This document shows, one piece after another, positions 34,226-44,603 of a stretch of 64,000 nt of DNA. The translations under genes and the position numbers were made by a program. Under the pieces are notes generated by a model. The model did not search any database. It worked only from the letters and a program-made list of their open reading frames with translations, and was not told the origin of the DNA. Every line of letters starts with the position of its first letter. Position 1 is the first letter of the stretch. The stretch lies in contig DATJFG010000133.1 of assembly GCA_035495775.1 (NCBI GenBank), positions 10,178 to 74,177 on the forward strand. Reading direction: 5' to 3'. The stretch is from Verrucomicrobiia bacterium. Lineage in GTDB: Bacteria > Desulfobacterota > Binatia > UBA9968.

Positions 34226-36535
34226 ATGAAAACCATCAAGCGGTCCCGCGCGATTATTACCGGCTTGGCGACGTCGGTGGTTCTGGCCTTCAGCGGTCTC
34301 GCCGCGGCGGAGGTCGAATTCGCCGATCTGGTCGCCAGCGGCAGCGCAGAGATCGGTGGCGTCCCCGGCACGAGAACCGGCGGCAATGAGGGGAAATCGA
34401 AGTTCGAGGAATATCGTGAGACCGGCCTCGGCGGCTGGATCGTTCCCGAGCTGCAGTTGTTCCTCGGCGGCAAGAAAAACGACTTCTTCGTCAGCTTCGA
34501 TTCCACCAAGCCGGGTTTCAGGGATCAAAATTATCGCCTCCGCTTCGGCCTCTACGGCCTCCTCGACATCGAGGCGGAATGGGATCAGATCCCGCATCTC
34601 TTCGACGAGGGGATCTCCCGCACGCCCTTCCGCCGCGACGGCGGCACGTTCCATCTGGACGGCAAACCGACCACCAACATTTCAACTTCGGCTCACTGTG
34701 ATGCGCAGCCGGCGACGAATTTTTGCCATTTTCTCGATAAGGGAAATACGCACCCCGTCGATTTGGGGCTGCTCTACGGCATCGGCCGTTTTAAAATCAA
34801 ATACACGCCCCTTCCGGGCTGGACATTAAACGCCGGTTACTGGTCGCAGCACGTCGGCGGCGACCGCGCGTTCGGAACGATATTCGGCACGCCCGGGAAC
34901 TTTTCCGTGGTCGAGCTCCCCGAGCCGATCGACTATCAGATGCACAACGTCGAGCTCGGCGGGGAATACGCGGCAGACTGGTGGTCGGTGGGGCTTAGGT
35001 ATCAGGGCTCGTTCTTCCACAACAACATCAGCACGCTGATTTGGGACAATCCGCTGAACCTCACCGGCGTCGGCGGCGGCTGCTCCGACTCGGCGACCTT
35101 CAGCAATGCCACCAACGGAGTGGACGCCAACCGCGGCCCGTGCCGTGGGCGGCTCGACCTCTATCCCAGCAACCAGGCGCATACGTTCACGCTCACGGGC
35201 GCGGCGACTTTACCCTGGAAGACGCGTTTCATGGGAACCGCCTCCTACGGCTGGCGGCTCCAGGACGACAAGTTTCTTCCCTTCACGATCAATAGCGCGA
35301 TCACCCAGCCGGCCATGTCCGCGCACAGCCTCGACGGGGACGTCCGGCCGACGATGATCAACGCCACGGTCGTCAACAACGCGATCGATCATCTGAACCT
35401 TAAGGCCTACTATCGCTATTTCGATCTGGACAATCAGAGCCGCAGGGTCTCTTTCCCCGACGGCATCGTCATCAACGATCAGGCGGGCACCGCGGTAAGC
35501 CCCAATTGCCCGCCCGCCGGCGCGAGCTGCGGGGACGCCGAGAGAACCAACCGCTACGCCTATTCCAAGCAGAACATCGGCTTCGACGCCGGATATGACT
35601 TGACCCGCTGGCTGACGGTTAAACTCGGAACAGGCTGGGAGAAGATGCATCGGGAATTCCGCGAGGTCAGAAACAGCGATGAATACGGCGTCGGCCCGAC
35701 GGTCGACGTCAAGCCGTTATCGTCGCTTCTGCTCCGCGCGAGCTACCGCCATTCGTGGCGCAACCCCTCTCATTATAATCTCGACGAGGAGAACATCGCC
35801 AAGAAGTTCGACGAGGCGCGACGGAACCGCGACCGCGCGAGTCTCTTCGCGCAATATACACCGTGGGAGATTTTAAACCTCTACGCCGGATTCGAGTTTA
35901 CCAAGGACGATTATCCCGACAGCCGCCTGGGCACTCAATTCGATTTCAATTATTCGCCCTCGGCGGGCTTTGCGCTAATGCCGTACAAATGGCTCAAGTT
36001 TTTCGGCGATTACAATTGGGACCGCTACGACTGGCAGCTCGATGCGATACAACGAAGCGCGGCTTTGGAGACTCCCGACGCCGTGAATTGTCCGAAGAGC
36101 GGACCGACCCGCTGCTGGACGAGCCGCGGCCTGGACCGAGTCCACACGTTGTCGTTCGGCAGCGACGTGACTCTGATTGAAAACGTCCTCGGCTTCCGCA
36201 TCCAGTACGGCTATTCGTTCGGCACCAGCCGAGTGAACGCCTCGGGCGCCACCTGCGGCGGCTGCACCCGGGCGACGAACTATCCGACGATTAACAATAG
36301 CTGGCAAGAGCTGCTCGCCCGTTTTGAATATCAGGTCATGAAGAACGTCGGTTTAAGGGTGGGCTACTACTTCAACCGTGCCCGCGACAACGACCACGGC
36401 GTCGATATCATGAAACCGTGGATGGGCGATGTCGACCCCAGCGCGAGTGTGCAGCATTCTGTGTTTCTCGGCGACCGCATCAAAGGTCCGTTCACGGCGC
36501 ACGTCGGCTTCGTCGCTTTGAAATTCAGTTTCTAG
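34226..36535 (+). CDS. outer-membrane beta-barrel porin of MtrB/MtoB/PioB family
   Basis: Signal peptide, 769 aa, alternating amphipathic beta-strand pattern, C-terminal ...ALKFSF aromatic terminus; AAGGAGG RBS; gene order matches mtrAB/mtoAB/pioAB. Confidence 0.7.
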   Translation: MKTIKRSRAIITGLATSVVLAFSGLAAAEVEFADLVASGSAEIGGVPGTRTGGNEGKSKFEEYRETGLGGWIVPELQLFLGGKKNDFFVSFDSTKPGFRDQNYRLRFGLYGLLDIEAEWDQIPHLFDEGISRTPFRRDGGTFHLDGKPTTNISTSAHCDAQPATNFCHFLDKGNTHPVDLGLLYGIGRFKIKYTPLPGWTLNAGYWSQHVGGDRAFGTIFGTPGNFSVVELPEPIDYQMHNVELGGEYAADWWSVGLRYQGSFFHNNISTLIWDNPLNLTGVGGGCSDSATFSNATNGVDANRGPCRGRLDLYPSNQAHTFTLTGAATLPWKTRFMGTASYGWRLQDDKFLPFTINSAITQPAMSAHSLDGDVRPTMINATVVNNAIDHLNLKAYYRYFDLDNQSRRVSFPDGIVINDQAGTAVSPNCPPAGASCGDAERTNRYAYSKQNIGFDAGYDLTRWLTVKLGTGWEKMHREFREVRNSDEYGVGPTVDVKPLSSLLLRASYRHSWRNPSHYNLDEENIAKKFDEARRNRDRASLFAQYTPWEILNLYAGFEFTKDDYPDSRLGTQFDFNYSPSAGFALMPYKWLKFFGDYNWDRYDWQLDAIQRSAALETPDAVNCPKSGPTRCWTSRGLDRVHTLSFGSDVTLIENVLGFRIQYGYSFGTSRVNASGATCGGCTRATNYPTINNSWQELLARFEYQVMKNVGLRVGYYFNRARDNDHGVDIMKPWMGDVDPSASVQHSVFLGDRIKGPFTAHVGFVALKFSF

Positions 36536-36556
36536 TCAAGAGAGGAAGATAAAATC

Positions 36557-36940
36557 ATGCAATGGATCATCTTGATTGGTGCGTTAGTGATTTTCTCATT
36601 TTCCTCTCCGGCCAGCACATGGGCGCAGTCAAAAGGGGATGCCAACGCTGGAAAAGCAAAATACGAATCTCTATGCGCGGGCTGTCACGGGAAAACAGGT
36701 AAGGGCGACGGCCCGGCGGCGGCGAGCTTGAACCCCAAGCCGCAGGATCATACCGATGGCAAAGTCATGAATGCTCTCAGCGATCAATACCTGACGGACA
36801 TTGTCAAGAACGGCGGCGCATCGGTTAAAAAATCGCCGCTGATGCCCGCGTGGGGCAAGACGTTGAAGGACCAAGAAGTAGCGGATGTAATCGCCTATAT
36901 AAGAAGCTTGGCCAATCCTCCCTACAAGTCGGGGAAATAA
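36557..36940 (+). CDS. monoheme class I cytochrome c (MtoD-like candidate)
   Basis: Signal peptide, single CAGCHG, distal Met region; 127 aa. Confidence 0.8.
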   Translation: MQWIILIGALVIFSFSSPASTWAQSKGDANAGKAKYESLCAGCHGKTGKGDGPAAASLNPKPQDHTDGKVMNALSDQYLTDIVKNGGASVKKSPLMPAWGKTLKDQEVADVIAYIRSLANPPYKSGK

Positions 36941-37065
36941 GGACGCTCTATTCCCTGTCGGCCTGGAACGTTTTCATTCGGCGGCGAATCGACATCGGCG
37001 GCAGCCGCTTGTAATCATCGATCGGCATATTAAAATTACATAGCAGATTCACAGGAGGAATCATC

Positions 37066-37389
37066 ATGAAAATCTTCGTAGCCATGCTTGGTTTTTTCCT
37101 CGCTGCAGCGCTGTCCGGCGTTGGCTGGGCCGCCGATGCCGGCAAGGCTGTGTATGACAAACAGTGCGCCTCGTGCCATGGACCCGACGGCAAGGGGAAT
37201 CCATCGATGGCGAAGGTTTTTGGCGAGAAGCAACTCAACATCGCCACAAAGGAAGTCGCGGATAAGAAAGACGACGAGCTCGTCAAGGTGATTACCGAAG
37301 GTAAAGGCAAAATGCCGGCCGCGGGCAAGTCGCTGAACGCCGCAGATCAAAAAGCCGTCGTAAGCCACGTAAAGTCTCTCGGGAAGTAG
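37066..37389 (+). CDS. monoheme class I cytochrome c
   Basis: Signal peptide, CASCHG; 107 aa; paralog of 46495-46845 product. Confidence 0.8.
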   Translation: MKIFVAMLGFFLAAALSGVGWAADAGKAVYDKQCASCHGPDGKGNPSMAKVFGEKQLNIATKEVADKKDDELVKVITEGKGKMPAAGKSLNAADQKAVVSHVKSLGK

Positions 37390-37417
37390 GCGGCAGCAGG
37401 GGAACAACACGGCCTTG

Positions 37418-38599
37418 ATGATAAAAATCATCGCTGCCGCTGCTGTTCTCCTCTGCTTGGCCAGCGCGGCGTTCGCTCAATCGCTCTTCACTTCGGAGCA
37501 GGATCCGACCGCCGGCGCTCGCGTCTTCGGTGCTAAGGGATGCTCGAATTGCCATAGCATCGAAGGGCTCGGCGGCAAAATCGGCCCCGATCTCGCGCGC
37601 ACCCAGCAAGGCCGCTCGTTTTACGATCTCGCCGCCGCCATGTGGAACCATCTTCCAGGCATGGCGGACAAGATGCGGGAGTTGAAGATCCAGCGGCCGC
37701 TTCTCAGCGCCGAAGATGCGGCCAACCTGATCGCGTTCCTTTTTACGCTCCAGTATTTTGACCGTCCTGGAAATGTCGATGCAGGCAAACGTCTCTTCGC
37801 GGAAAAAAAATGCGTTGTTTGCCATCAACTGAACGGCACCGGCGGCGTCGTCGGCCCGAATCTCGACGGGCTTAAAGATTATGGCTCGCCGCTCTTCATC
37901 GCCGCTGCTATGTGGAATCACGGACCATCGATGGCCGCGGTTATGCGTGAAAAGAGGATTGCACGGCCGTCGTTCAGGGGTTCGGAACTGACCGATCTCA
38001 TCACATATATAAAATCGGCGGCGACGGCGAAAAGCGAGTCGCCGGTGACTGTTTTGACCGGCTCTCCCGAACGCGGCCGGCGACTTTTCGCCGATAAGCA
38101 CTGTCTCGAGTGCCATAGTGTCGCGAGTCAGGGAGGAAAAATCGGGCCGGATCTGGCGGATAAAGCGCTCCACCGAAGCATTCTCGATTTCGCAGCGGCG
38201 ATGTGGAACAAAGCGCCGGCGATGCTCGCGGCGATGAAGACCCGCAAAGTCGCTGCTCCGAGACTAGAACCCGAAGAGATGGCCGACATCGTCGCCTATC
38301 TTTACTCCGTCCAGTACTTTGCGCGCCCGGGCAACGCGAAAAGGGGGCGCGAGATTGCCTCCCAAAAAGGATGCTTTAGCTGCCATGGCGTAGCTGGCGT
38401 CGGGGATAAGTCCGCGCCGAGTTTTTCGCAGATCAAGGACATCGACTCGCCGGCGACCGTGATCGCGGCGATGTGGAATCATTCGTTTCTCACGGATCGA
38501 CCGTTGCAGGGTCAAAAAACGCTTTGGCCGCAGTTTCGTGCCGACGAGATGGCGGATTTGGCGGCCTATTTGCAAACGAGTGGCCGGGGGCCGACATGA
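37418..38599 (+). CDS. tetraheme cytochrome c built from four tandem class-I cytochrome c domains
   Basis: Four ~95-aa repeats, each with CxxCH (CSNCH, CVVCH, CLECH, CFSCH), a GPDL/GPNL turn and an AAAMWNH motif. Confidence 0.8.
   Translation: MIKIIAAAAVLLCLASAAFAQSLFTSEQDPTAGARVFGAKGCSNCHSIEGLGGKIGPDLARTQQGRSFYDLAAAMWNHLPGMADKMRELKIQRPLLSAEDAANLIAFLFTLQYFDRPGNVDAGKRLFAEKKCVVCHQLNGTGGVVGPNLDGLKDYGSPLFIAAAMWNHGPSMAAVMREKRIARPSFRGSELTDLITYIKSAATAKSESPVTVLTGSPERGRRLFADKHCLECHSVASQGGKIGPDLADKALHRSILDFAAAMWNKAPAMLAAMKTRKVAAPRLEPEEMADIVAYLYSVQYFARPGNAKRGREIASQKGCFSCHGVAGVGDKSAPSFSQIKDIDSPATVIAAMWNHSFLTDRPLQGQKTLWPQFRADEMADLAAYLQTSGRGPT
37480..38590 (+). repeat. 4x intragenic tandem repeat (~285 nt units) encoding cytochrome c domains
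   Basis: Repeated protein blocks G(A/E)(R/K)..F..K.C..CH......G.(I/V)GP(D/N)L....FAAAMWN. Paralogous at protein level, nucleotide divergence substantial. Confidence 0.6.
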
Positions 38600-39849
38600 G
38601 CGCTTTGCGCGCATACGGAGTGTTTTTGTGTTTCGTTTTCCTGGGGCTCGCTGCCTTGTCGTCGGCGGCCGAACCGGAGAGTTGCGTCGCCTGCCATCAA
38701 GCGATCGGCGTACCCAAGCTCACCCAGCCGGTCAAAGATTTTCCCCAGGACATCCACGCAGTCAAGGGGTTTGGCTGTGTCGCCTGTCACGGCGGCGACG
38801 CCAAAGACCCCGGCATGACGGCCATGGACAAGACCAAAGGCTTCATCGGCGCGCCGACGCGAAAAGATCTTCCACAGGTGTGCGGACATTGTCATTCCGA
38901 TGCGCGTTTCATGCGGCAATACAATCCATCCCTGCGCGTCGATCAGGTTGCGGAGTATTACACCTCGGTCCACGGCCAGCGGCTCGCGCGCAACGGCGAC
39001 GAAAAGGTCGCGGTTTGCACGAGCTGTCACCCGGCGCACTCGATCCGTCCGCCGTCGGACCCGCGCTCCTCGGTCCATCCGCTGAAGGTCGCCGACACGT
39101 GCGGCCGGTGTCACGCCGATGCGAAGTACATGGAGAGCTACAAGATCCCGACCGACCAGCTGCCCAAATATAAAAAGAGCGTGCACTGGCGGATGATGTC
39201 GGCCGGCGGCGATCTCTCCGCGCCCACGTGCAACGATTGCCACGGCAATCACGGCGCCGCGCCGCCGGGAGTCTCTTGGGTCGGGAATGTCTGCGGCCAG
39301 TGCCACGCGCAAAACGAAGAGCTGTTCAGCAAAAGCGTTCACTCCAAAGCATTCGTCAAAATGGGCATTCCCGGCTGCGCCACCTGTCATTCAAACCACG
39401 AGATCGTCCCGCCGAGCGACGCGATGCTCGCGGTCGGCGAGGGCGGCGCCTGCGCGGGTTGTCACACCGCCGAAGACAACGGCGGCAAGACCGCTCTGGA
39501 GATGCATCGGCAGATCGATGCGCTGAGAAACGCCTACGACAAGGCGCATGCCGCTCTGGCGAAGGCTGAGTCTGCCGGCATGGAAGTCAGCCAGCCGCAG
39601 TTTGAACTGAACGGCGCCAAGACCGCGCTCGTCAAGTCGCGCGCGGCAGTGCATGCGTTCAACATCGACGCAGTCAAAAAAGAAGCCGCGCCCGGCATCG
39701 ATATCAGCGGAAAAGTCTATGCCAGGGGCGTCAAAGCGCTCGATGAATTGCAATTCCGCCGCAAGGGGCTCGCGGTCTCCGCGCTGATCATCGCCGGGTT
39801 GATCGTCGGCCTGGTCTTGAAAATACGAGAGATGGAGAAGCCGAAGTGA
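38596..39849 (+). CDS. nonaheme c-type cytochrome with C-terminal membrane anchor
   Basis: Signal peptide; 9 CxxCH; C-terminal TM helix GLAVSALIIAGLIVGLVL; ATGA overlap with upstream gene. Confidence 0.8.
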   Translation: MSALRAYGVFLCFVFLGLAALSSAAEPESCVACHQAIGVPKLTQPVKDFPQDIHAVKGFGCVACHGGDAKDPGMTAMDKTKGFIGAPTRKDLPQVCGHCHSDARFMRQYNPSLRVDQVAEYYTSVHGQRLARNGDEKVAVCTSCHPAHSIRPPSDPRSSVHPLKVADTCGRCHADAKYMESYKIPTDQLPKYKKSVHWRMMSAGGDLSAPTCNDCHGNHGAAPPGVSWVGNVCGQCHAQNEELFSKSVHSKAFVKMGIPGCATCHSNHEIVPPSDAMLAVGEGGACAGCHTAEDNGGKTALEMHRQIDALRNAYDKAHAALAKAESAGMEVSQPQFELNGAKTALVKSRAAVHAFNIDAVKKEAAPGIDISGKVYARGVKALDELQFRRKGLAVSALIIAGLIVGLVLKIREMEKPK

Positions 39850-39875
39850 GAGATTCCAACGCCTCAGGAGATAAC

Positions 39876-40331
39876 ATGTCCGACGGAACACTCGATCCGC
39901 GAATCGACCGGAGAAACTTCTTAAACTGGTTTCTAGGTACGACGGCAGGCGCTTTTCTCGTCGCGGTTCTGTACCCGCTGAGCCGCTACCTTATCCCTCC
40001 AAAGGTCGAGGAGTCGACCGCCAAGAATGTTACACTTTCGATCAAACCCGGCGACGTCAAAGTCAACAGCGGCGAGATTTTCCGCTTCGGCAACCAGCCG
40101 GCGATTTTGGTTCGGACCCCCGCCAACGAGCTCAAAGCGTTCTCGGCGGTCTGCACGCATCTGTCCTGTATCGTTCAATACCGATCGGACCTGAGCCATA
40201 TCTGGTGCGCGTGCCACAACGGCCACTATGATCTCAACGGTAAAAATATCATCGGCCCGCCGCCCAAGCCGCTCGAAGCATACACCGTCAACGTCAAGGG
40301 CGACCAGATCGTTGTGAGCAAGACGGCGTGA
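39876..40331 (+). CDS. Rieske [2Fe-2S] iron-sulfur subunit of a cytochrome bc-type complex
   Basis: Tat motif RRNFLNW, TM helix, CTHLSC...CACHNGHY Rieske boxes; ATG at 39876 with AGGAGA RBS preferred over GTG at 39846. Confidence 0.85.
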   Translation: MSDGTLDPRIDRRNFLNWFLGTTAGAFLVAVLYPLSRYLIPPKVEESTAKNVTLSIKPGDVKVNSGEIFRFGNQPAILVRTPANELKAFSAVCTHLSCIVQYRSDLSHIWCACHNGHYDLNGKNIIGPPPKPLEAYTVNVKGDQIVVSKTA

Positions 40332-40336
40332 CGCTT

Positions 40337-41434
40337 ATGGAACCGACGACGGAAAAGCACGGCAAGCTCTGGAACTGGTTCGACGCGCGCGTCGGACTGA
40401 AAGATTTGGACAAGCTTGCCAAAAAAAAGCAGGTACCGCTGCACAGGCACAGTTCGTGGTACTACTTCGGCGGCATGACGCTGTTTCTCTTCACGGTTCA
40501 GGTGATCACGGGCATCTTGCTGCTACTGTACTATCGGCCGAGCTCAGGCGAGGCCTACGAATCGGTGCAATTTCTCATGACGGAAGTCGAGTTCGGCTGG
40601 CTCGTCCGGTCGATTCACGCGTGGTCCGCCAATCTGATGATCTTTACGCTGTTCGTCCATCTGTTCAGCACGCTGATGCTCAAGGCGTACCGCCAACCGC
40701 GGGAGCTGACCTGGCTTTCCGGCATGGGCTTGATGGCTCTGACATTGACGTTCGGTTTTACCGGTTACCTGCTCCCGTGGAACAAGCTCGCGTTCTTCGC
40801 CACCAGCGTCGGGACGGAAATCCCCGGGGTTCTGCCGGTCGTGGGCGCGTTTCTCCGCAGACTGCTTCGCGGCGGCGATGAGGTAACGGGCGCCACGCTG
40901 ACGCGGTTTTACGGCATCCACGTCGCCGTCCTTCCTGCGCTCGTTTCCTCGCTGATCGGCGTCCATCTCTTTTTGGTGCAAAAGCATGGCATGAGCGTTC
41001 CTCCGAGCGTCGCCGGGCAGGCGAGCCCGCCGCGAACGATGCCGTTCTTTCCCAACTTTTTCCTGCGTGACGCGGTCGGCTGGCTCTGCGCGCTGGCGGT
41101 GCTTGCGACGCTGGCGGCGTTCTATCCGGCGGAGCTCGGCGAGAAGGCCGACCCGTTTCAGCCGGCGCCGATCGGTATCAAGCCTGAATGGTATTTCATG
41201 TTCATGTTCCAGACGTTGAAGCTGCTGCCGAGCTACATCCTCGGCATCGAAGGCGAGCTCGTGGGTATTCTCGCATTCGGCGCAGGGGGGCTGTTTCTCG
41301 CGCTGATTCCGTTCCTCGATCGTGCATCGGCACGCGGCGAGCGCAGCCAGCTTTTTGTCTGGATCGGCAGCGCGATCATTCTTTACATGCTGGTTTTAAC
41401 TTATCTGGGATACACGATGAGCGCGACAAAGTAG
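40337..41434 (+). CDS. cytochrome b (b6/subunit IV fused type) of bc complex
   Basis: [11 protein letters not shown]-terminus like b6 YDWFEERL; heme-ligand His in TM helices ([22 protein letters not shown]); PEW-like loop LLPWN; 366 aa. Confidence 0.85.
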   Translation: MEPTTEKHGKLWNWFDARVGLKDLDKLAKKKQVPLHRHSSWYYFGGMTLFLFTVQVITGILLLLYYRPSSGEAYESVQFLMTEVEFGWLVRSIHAWSANLMIFTLFVHLFSTLMLKAYRQPRELTWLSGMGLMALTLTFGFTGYLLPWNKLAFFATSVGTEIPGVLPVVGAFLRRLLRGGDEVTGATLTRFYGIHVAVLPALVSSLIGVHLFLVQKHGMSVPPSVAGQASPPRTMPFFPNFFLRDAVGWLCALAVLATLAAFYPAELGEKADPFQPAPIGIKPEWYFMFMFQTLKLLPSYILGIEGELVGILAFGAGGLFLALIPFLDRASARGERSQLFVWIGSAIILYMLVLTYLGYTMSATK

Positions 41435-41463
41435 CTTGTACGTATCGTTGAACGCAGGACAAG

Positions 41464-42570
41464 ATGAAAACGGCCGAGTCCATTTCAATCATCGTCGTCT
41501 TCTTCGGTGCGGTTTTTCTCATCTCCTCGATTTCTTTCGCTCAGACTATCGCGTTTCCGAAAGATTGTGTCAGTTGCCACGGTTCCGAAGCGAAATATCC
41601 GGTACGCGGCGTGCGCAGCCAGTATCTGACTTCCGGCCATCGAACCATCGGCAACGCCTCGTACGCCAACGCCGACGATTGTCAGGGTTGTCATACGAAC
41701 GAAGGATTTATCGACAGGGCGAAGACCGGGAAGGTCGATACCAAGAAATACGTACGCTATCCATCGGAAATCGGCTGCTTCACCTGCCACGCTCCGCACG
41801 ACAGAGGCGACTTCTCGTTGCGTAAGACGACGGCTGTCACGCTCGCCAACGGCACCACCTACGACCGAGGCAAAAGCAATTTATGCGCGAGTTGCCATCA
41901 AGCCCGGCGCACAGCCAAAGAAGAAGTGAAGGCGCGAGTCATCCCGAGCGACAGCTGGGGCGCTCACCATGGGCCGCAAGCGGATATGCTTCTCGGCACG
42001 AATGCGTATGAGTACTCGGGAAAGAAATATTCCAAATCACCACACGCGGTTTTATCCAACGCCGACTGTATCACCTGCCACATGGCCCTCCCGAACGGAC
42101 GCTATTCGCTCGCCCCTTCGATCGGCGGGCACAGCTTTAATGTCGCAGGCGAGGTGCACGAACGGCCGACGGTCAACGCGGCGGGATGCCTGTCGTCAGG
42201 CTGCCATACGGAGATGAAACAGATCGAAGGAAAACCCTTCTTCGATCGCAAGGCAGCGGCGGATTACGATGGCAACGGCAAAATCGAAAGCATCCAAGAA
42301 GAAGTGCAAGGGCTCCTTAACAAGCTCATCAACGAGCAAGGCACCGGCCTTTTGCAGACGATGAAAAATCCTCCCTACGACGCAAAAGGAAAATTTATCG
42401 AGAATAAGGTTTCGTATCCCGTCGAGGTCACGGCGGCTCTTTACAATTACAAATTCGTCAAAGAAGACGGCAGCCGAGGGATCCACAATACTACATACGC
42501 CGTCGAGCTCTTGATCGATTCCATCCACGCGTTGAACAAAGATTTCGACGATTCCAAACGGCCGCAATAA
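41464..42570 (+). CDS. hexaheme c-type cytochrome subunit of the bc complex
   Basis: Signal peptide; CVSCH, CQGCH, CFTCH, CASCH, CITCH plus non-canonical CLSSGCH (CX4CH). Confidence 0.75.
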   Translation: MKTAESISIIVVFFGAVFLISSISFAQTIAFPKDCVSCHGSEAKYPVRGVRSQYLTSGHRTIGNASYANADDCQGCHTNEGFIDRAKTGKVDTKKYVRYPSEIGCFTCHAPHDRGDFSLRKTTAVTLANGTTYDRGKSNLCASCHQARRTAKEEVKARVIPSDSWGAHHGPQADMLLGTNAYEYSGKKYSKSPHAVLSNADCITCHMALPNGRYSLAPSIGGHSFNVAGEVHERPTVNAAGCLSSGCHTEMKQIEGKPFFDRKAAADYDGNGKIESIQEEVQGLLNKLINEQGTGLLQTMKNPPYDAKGKFIENKVSYPVEVTAALYNYKFVKEDGSRGIHNTTYAVELLIDSIHALNKDFDDSKRPQ

Positions 42571-42600
42571 AAGGCCGGCCGAGAAGTCGGCGGATCGTCA

Positions 42601-44565
42601 ATGAGGGTTTGTGTGAGTAGGCATTGGTTTGCTGTGATCCTCGCAGTTTGTTTCTTCGCGTCGCTTTTTTCGCTGTCAGTCGTGCATGCAGCGGAACCTT
42701 TAGCGAAGGAAGTCTGTCTTTCGTGCCATGGCGCGCCGGGATTGGAAAAAACGCGCGACGGCAAGACCGTCTCCTTGCAGGTCGACGGGGACGCTTTTGA
42801 GCACTCCGTGCACGCTCCTTTCGGGTGCGTGACGTGTCACAGCGACATCAGCGCCATCCCGCATTCACCGCAATTAAAGCCGGTGGATTGTAGCGCCTGC
42901 CACGCCGAAGCCATCAAAGTTTTCTCGCAGAGCGTTCACGGTAAGGCGCGGGCCAACGGAGCAGCCGAAGCGCCGACGTGCAAGAGCTGTCACGGCGACC
43001 TCCACCGCGTCAAACGAAGTTCCGAGCCGGACGCGCGAACTTATCGCACGAACATTCCGAACGTGTGCGCGTCGTGCCACGCCGATGAGAAGATTGCGCA
43101 GAAATTCCGCATCCCGATCGTCCGTCCGGTCGAGGCGTATCTAAAAAGCGTGCATGCGCGTGCCGTTGCCGCCGGCAGAAACGGCGCCGTCTGCACCGAC
43201 TGCCACGGCTCGCACGGCATTGAGCCCGGATGGGACCCGACTTCTTCCGTATGGCGGATCAGCATTCCGGCGACCTGCGGCAAATGCCATGAGCAGATCC
43301 AGACGGCATACCGCGAGAGCGTTCACGGGGTGGCGCTCGCTCGCGGAGTGCGCGAAGCTCCGGCTTGCACCGACTGTCACGGAGAACATCGCATTCTGGC
43401 GCCGAGCGAACCGCAGTCGCCCGTATTCGCCGCCAACATTCCCGGTGAAACCTGCGGCCGCTGCCACGGCGACGCGCGCCTGAGCGAGAAATACGGGATT
43501 CCCATCGACAAGGTTCGAGCCTATCAGGACAGCTATCACGGACTCGCCTTGCGCGGCGGCAAGGTCACCGTTGCCAATTGTTCGAGCTGTCACGGCGTGC
43601 ACGATATCAGAGCGTCTTCGGATCCGCGCTCGCATGTTAACGCGAAAAACCTGCCGCAGACTTGCGGCAAGTGCCACCCGGGGGCCGGTCTCGTTTTGGC
43701 GCTCACACGCGTGCACGTCCTGCCGACCGAGTCGGACCCGGTGCTTTATTGGATTCGCTTCATTTATCTCTGGATCATCGGCCTCGTCATCGGGGGCATG
43801 CTGATTCACAACTTGATCGACCTTGTGAAAAAAGCGCGCAGCGAAATTCCGCATCATGCCGAGATCGTCCCGACGTCCGAACGGATGCCGCGCCAGCTCC
43901 GCTGGCAGCACGGTCTCGTCATGGTGAGTTTTCCTTTGCTGGTCTATACCGGCTTCGCTCTCACGTATCCGGAAACCTGGTGGGCCACGCCGCTGGTCCG
44001 CTGGGAGGCTCAAGTGGGAATCCGCGGCCTTCTGCACCGCATTGTCGCGTGCATCCTTGTCGCGTCTCTTTTGTGGCACGGGATATCTATTGCCCGCAGT
44101 CCAAGACTGCGCGAATGCCTGCTGCGCTCAATCATGTTCCGGTTCCAGGATATACGGGATATGATCCGGCTCCAGCGTTACAATCTCGGATTTGATTCCG
44201 AACGGCCGCGGTTCGGTAAGTTCAGTTACATCGAAAAAGCCGAGTACTGGGCATTCATGTGGGGCATGATATTGATGACCGTCACCGGAGTGCTTCTGTG
44301 GTTCAACAATACGACCCTGCGCTACCTGTCGAATTGGATCACCGACATCGCGACTGCTCTTCACTTCTACGAAGCCGTTCTGGCGACCCTCGCAATCCTG
44401 GTCTGGCACTTCTATTGGACGATGTTCGATCCTGAGGTTTATCCGATGGACGCAAGCTGGTGGCACGGCCGCGCGCCGGCCGCCCGCGAGGCGGAACGCC
44501 ATGAGCCGATATCGCCTCCGGTTGAGGGGAAAGAAACGCCGAATCCGCCACTCGATAGAAAATAA
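42601..44565 (+). CDS. CbcL-like fusion: periplasmic multiheme (11 CxxCH) cytochrome c domain + C-terminal diheme cytochrome b (HydC/FdnI-type) membrane domain
   Basis: 11 CxxCH in the N-terminal 370 aa. This is followed by 4-5 TM helices with conserved His (HNLIDL, WWHG...) typical of Ni/Fe-hydrogenase or Fdh gamma b-type cytochromes. Confidence 0.75.
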   Translation: MRVCVSRHWFAVILAVCFFASLFSLSVVHAAEPLAKEVCLSCHGAPGLEKTRDGKTVSLQVDGDAFEHSVHAPFGCVTCHSDISAIPHSPQLKPVDCSACHAEAIKVFSQSVHGKARANGAAEAPTCKSCHGDLHRVKRSSEPDARTYRTNIPNVCASCHADEKIAQKFRIPIVRPVEAYLKSVHARAVAAGRNGAVCTDCHGSHGIEPGWDPTSSVWRISIPATCGKCHEQIQTAYRESVHGVALARGVREAPACTDCHGEHRILAPSEPQSPVFAANIPGETCGRCHGDARLSEKYGIPIDKVRAYQDSYHGLALRGGKVTVANCSSCHGVHDIRASSDPRSHVNAKNLPQTCGKCHPGAGLVLALTRVHVLPTESDPVLYWIRFIYLWIIGLVIGGMLIHNLIDLVKKARSEIPHHAEIVPTSERMPRQLRWQHGLVMVSFPLLVYTGFALTYPETWWATPLVRWEAQVGIRGLLHRIVACILVASLLWHGISIARSPRLRECLLRSIMFRFQDIRDMIRLQRYNLGFDSERPRFGKFSYIEKAEYWAFMWGMILMTVTGVLLWFNNTTLRYLSNWITDIATALHFYEAVLATLAILVWHFYWTMFDPEVYPMDASWWHGRAPAAREAERHEPISPPVEGKETPNPPLDRK

Positions 44566-44603
44566 GCGGACGAGGGATCGACAAAAAGGAAGGATAAGTC
44601 TTA

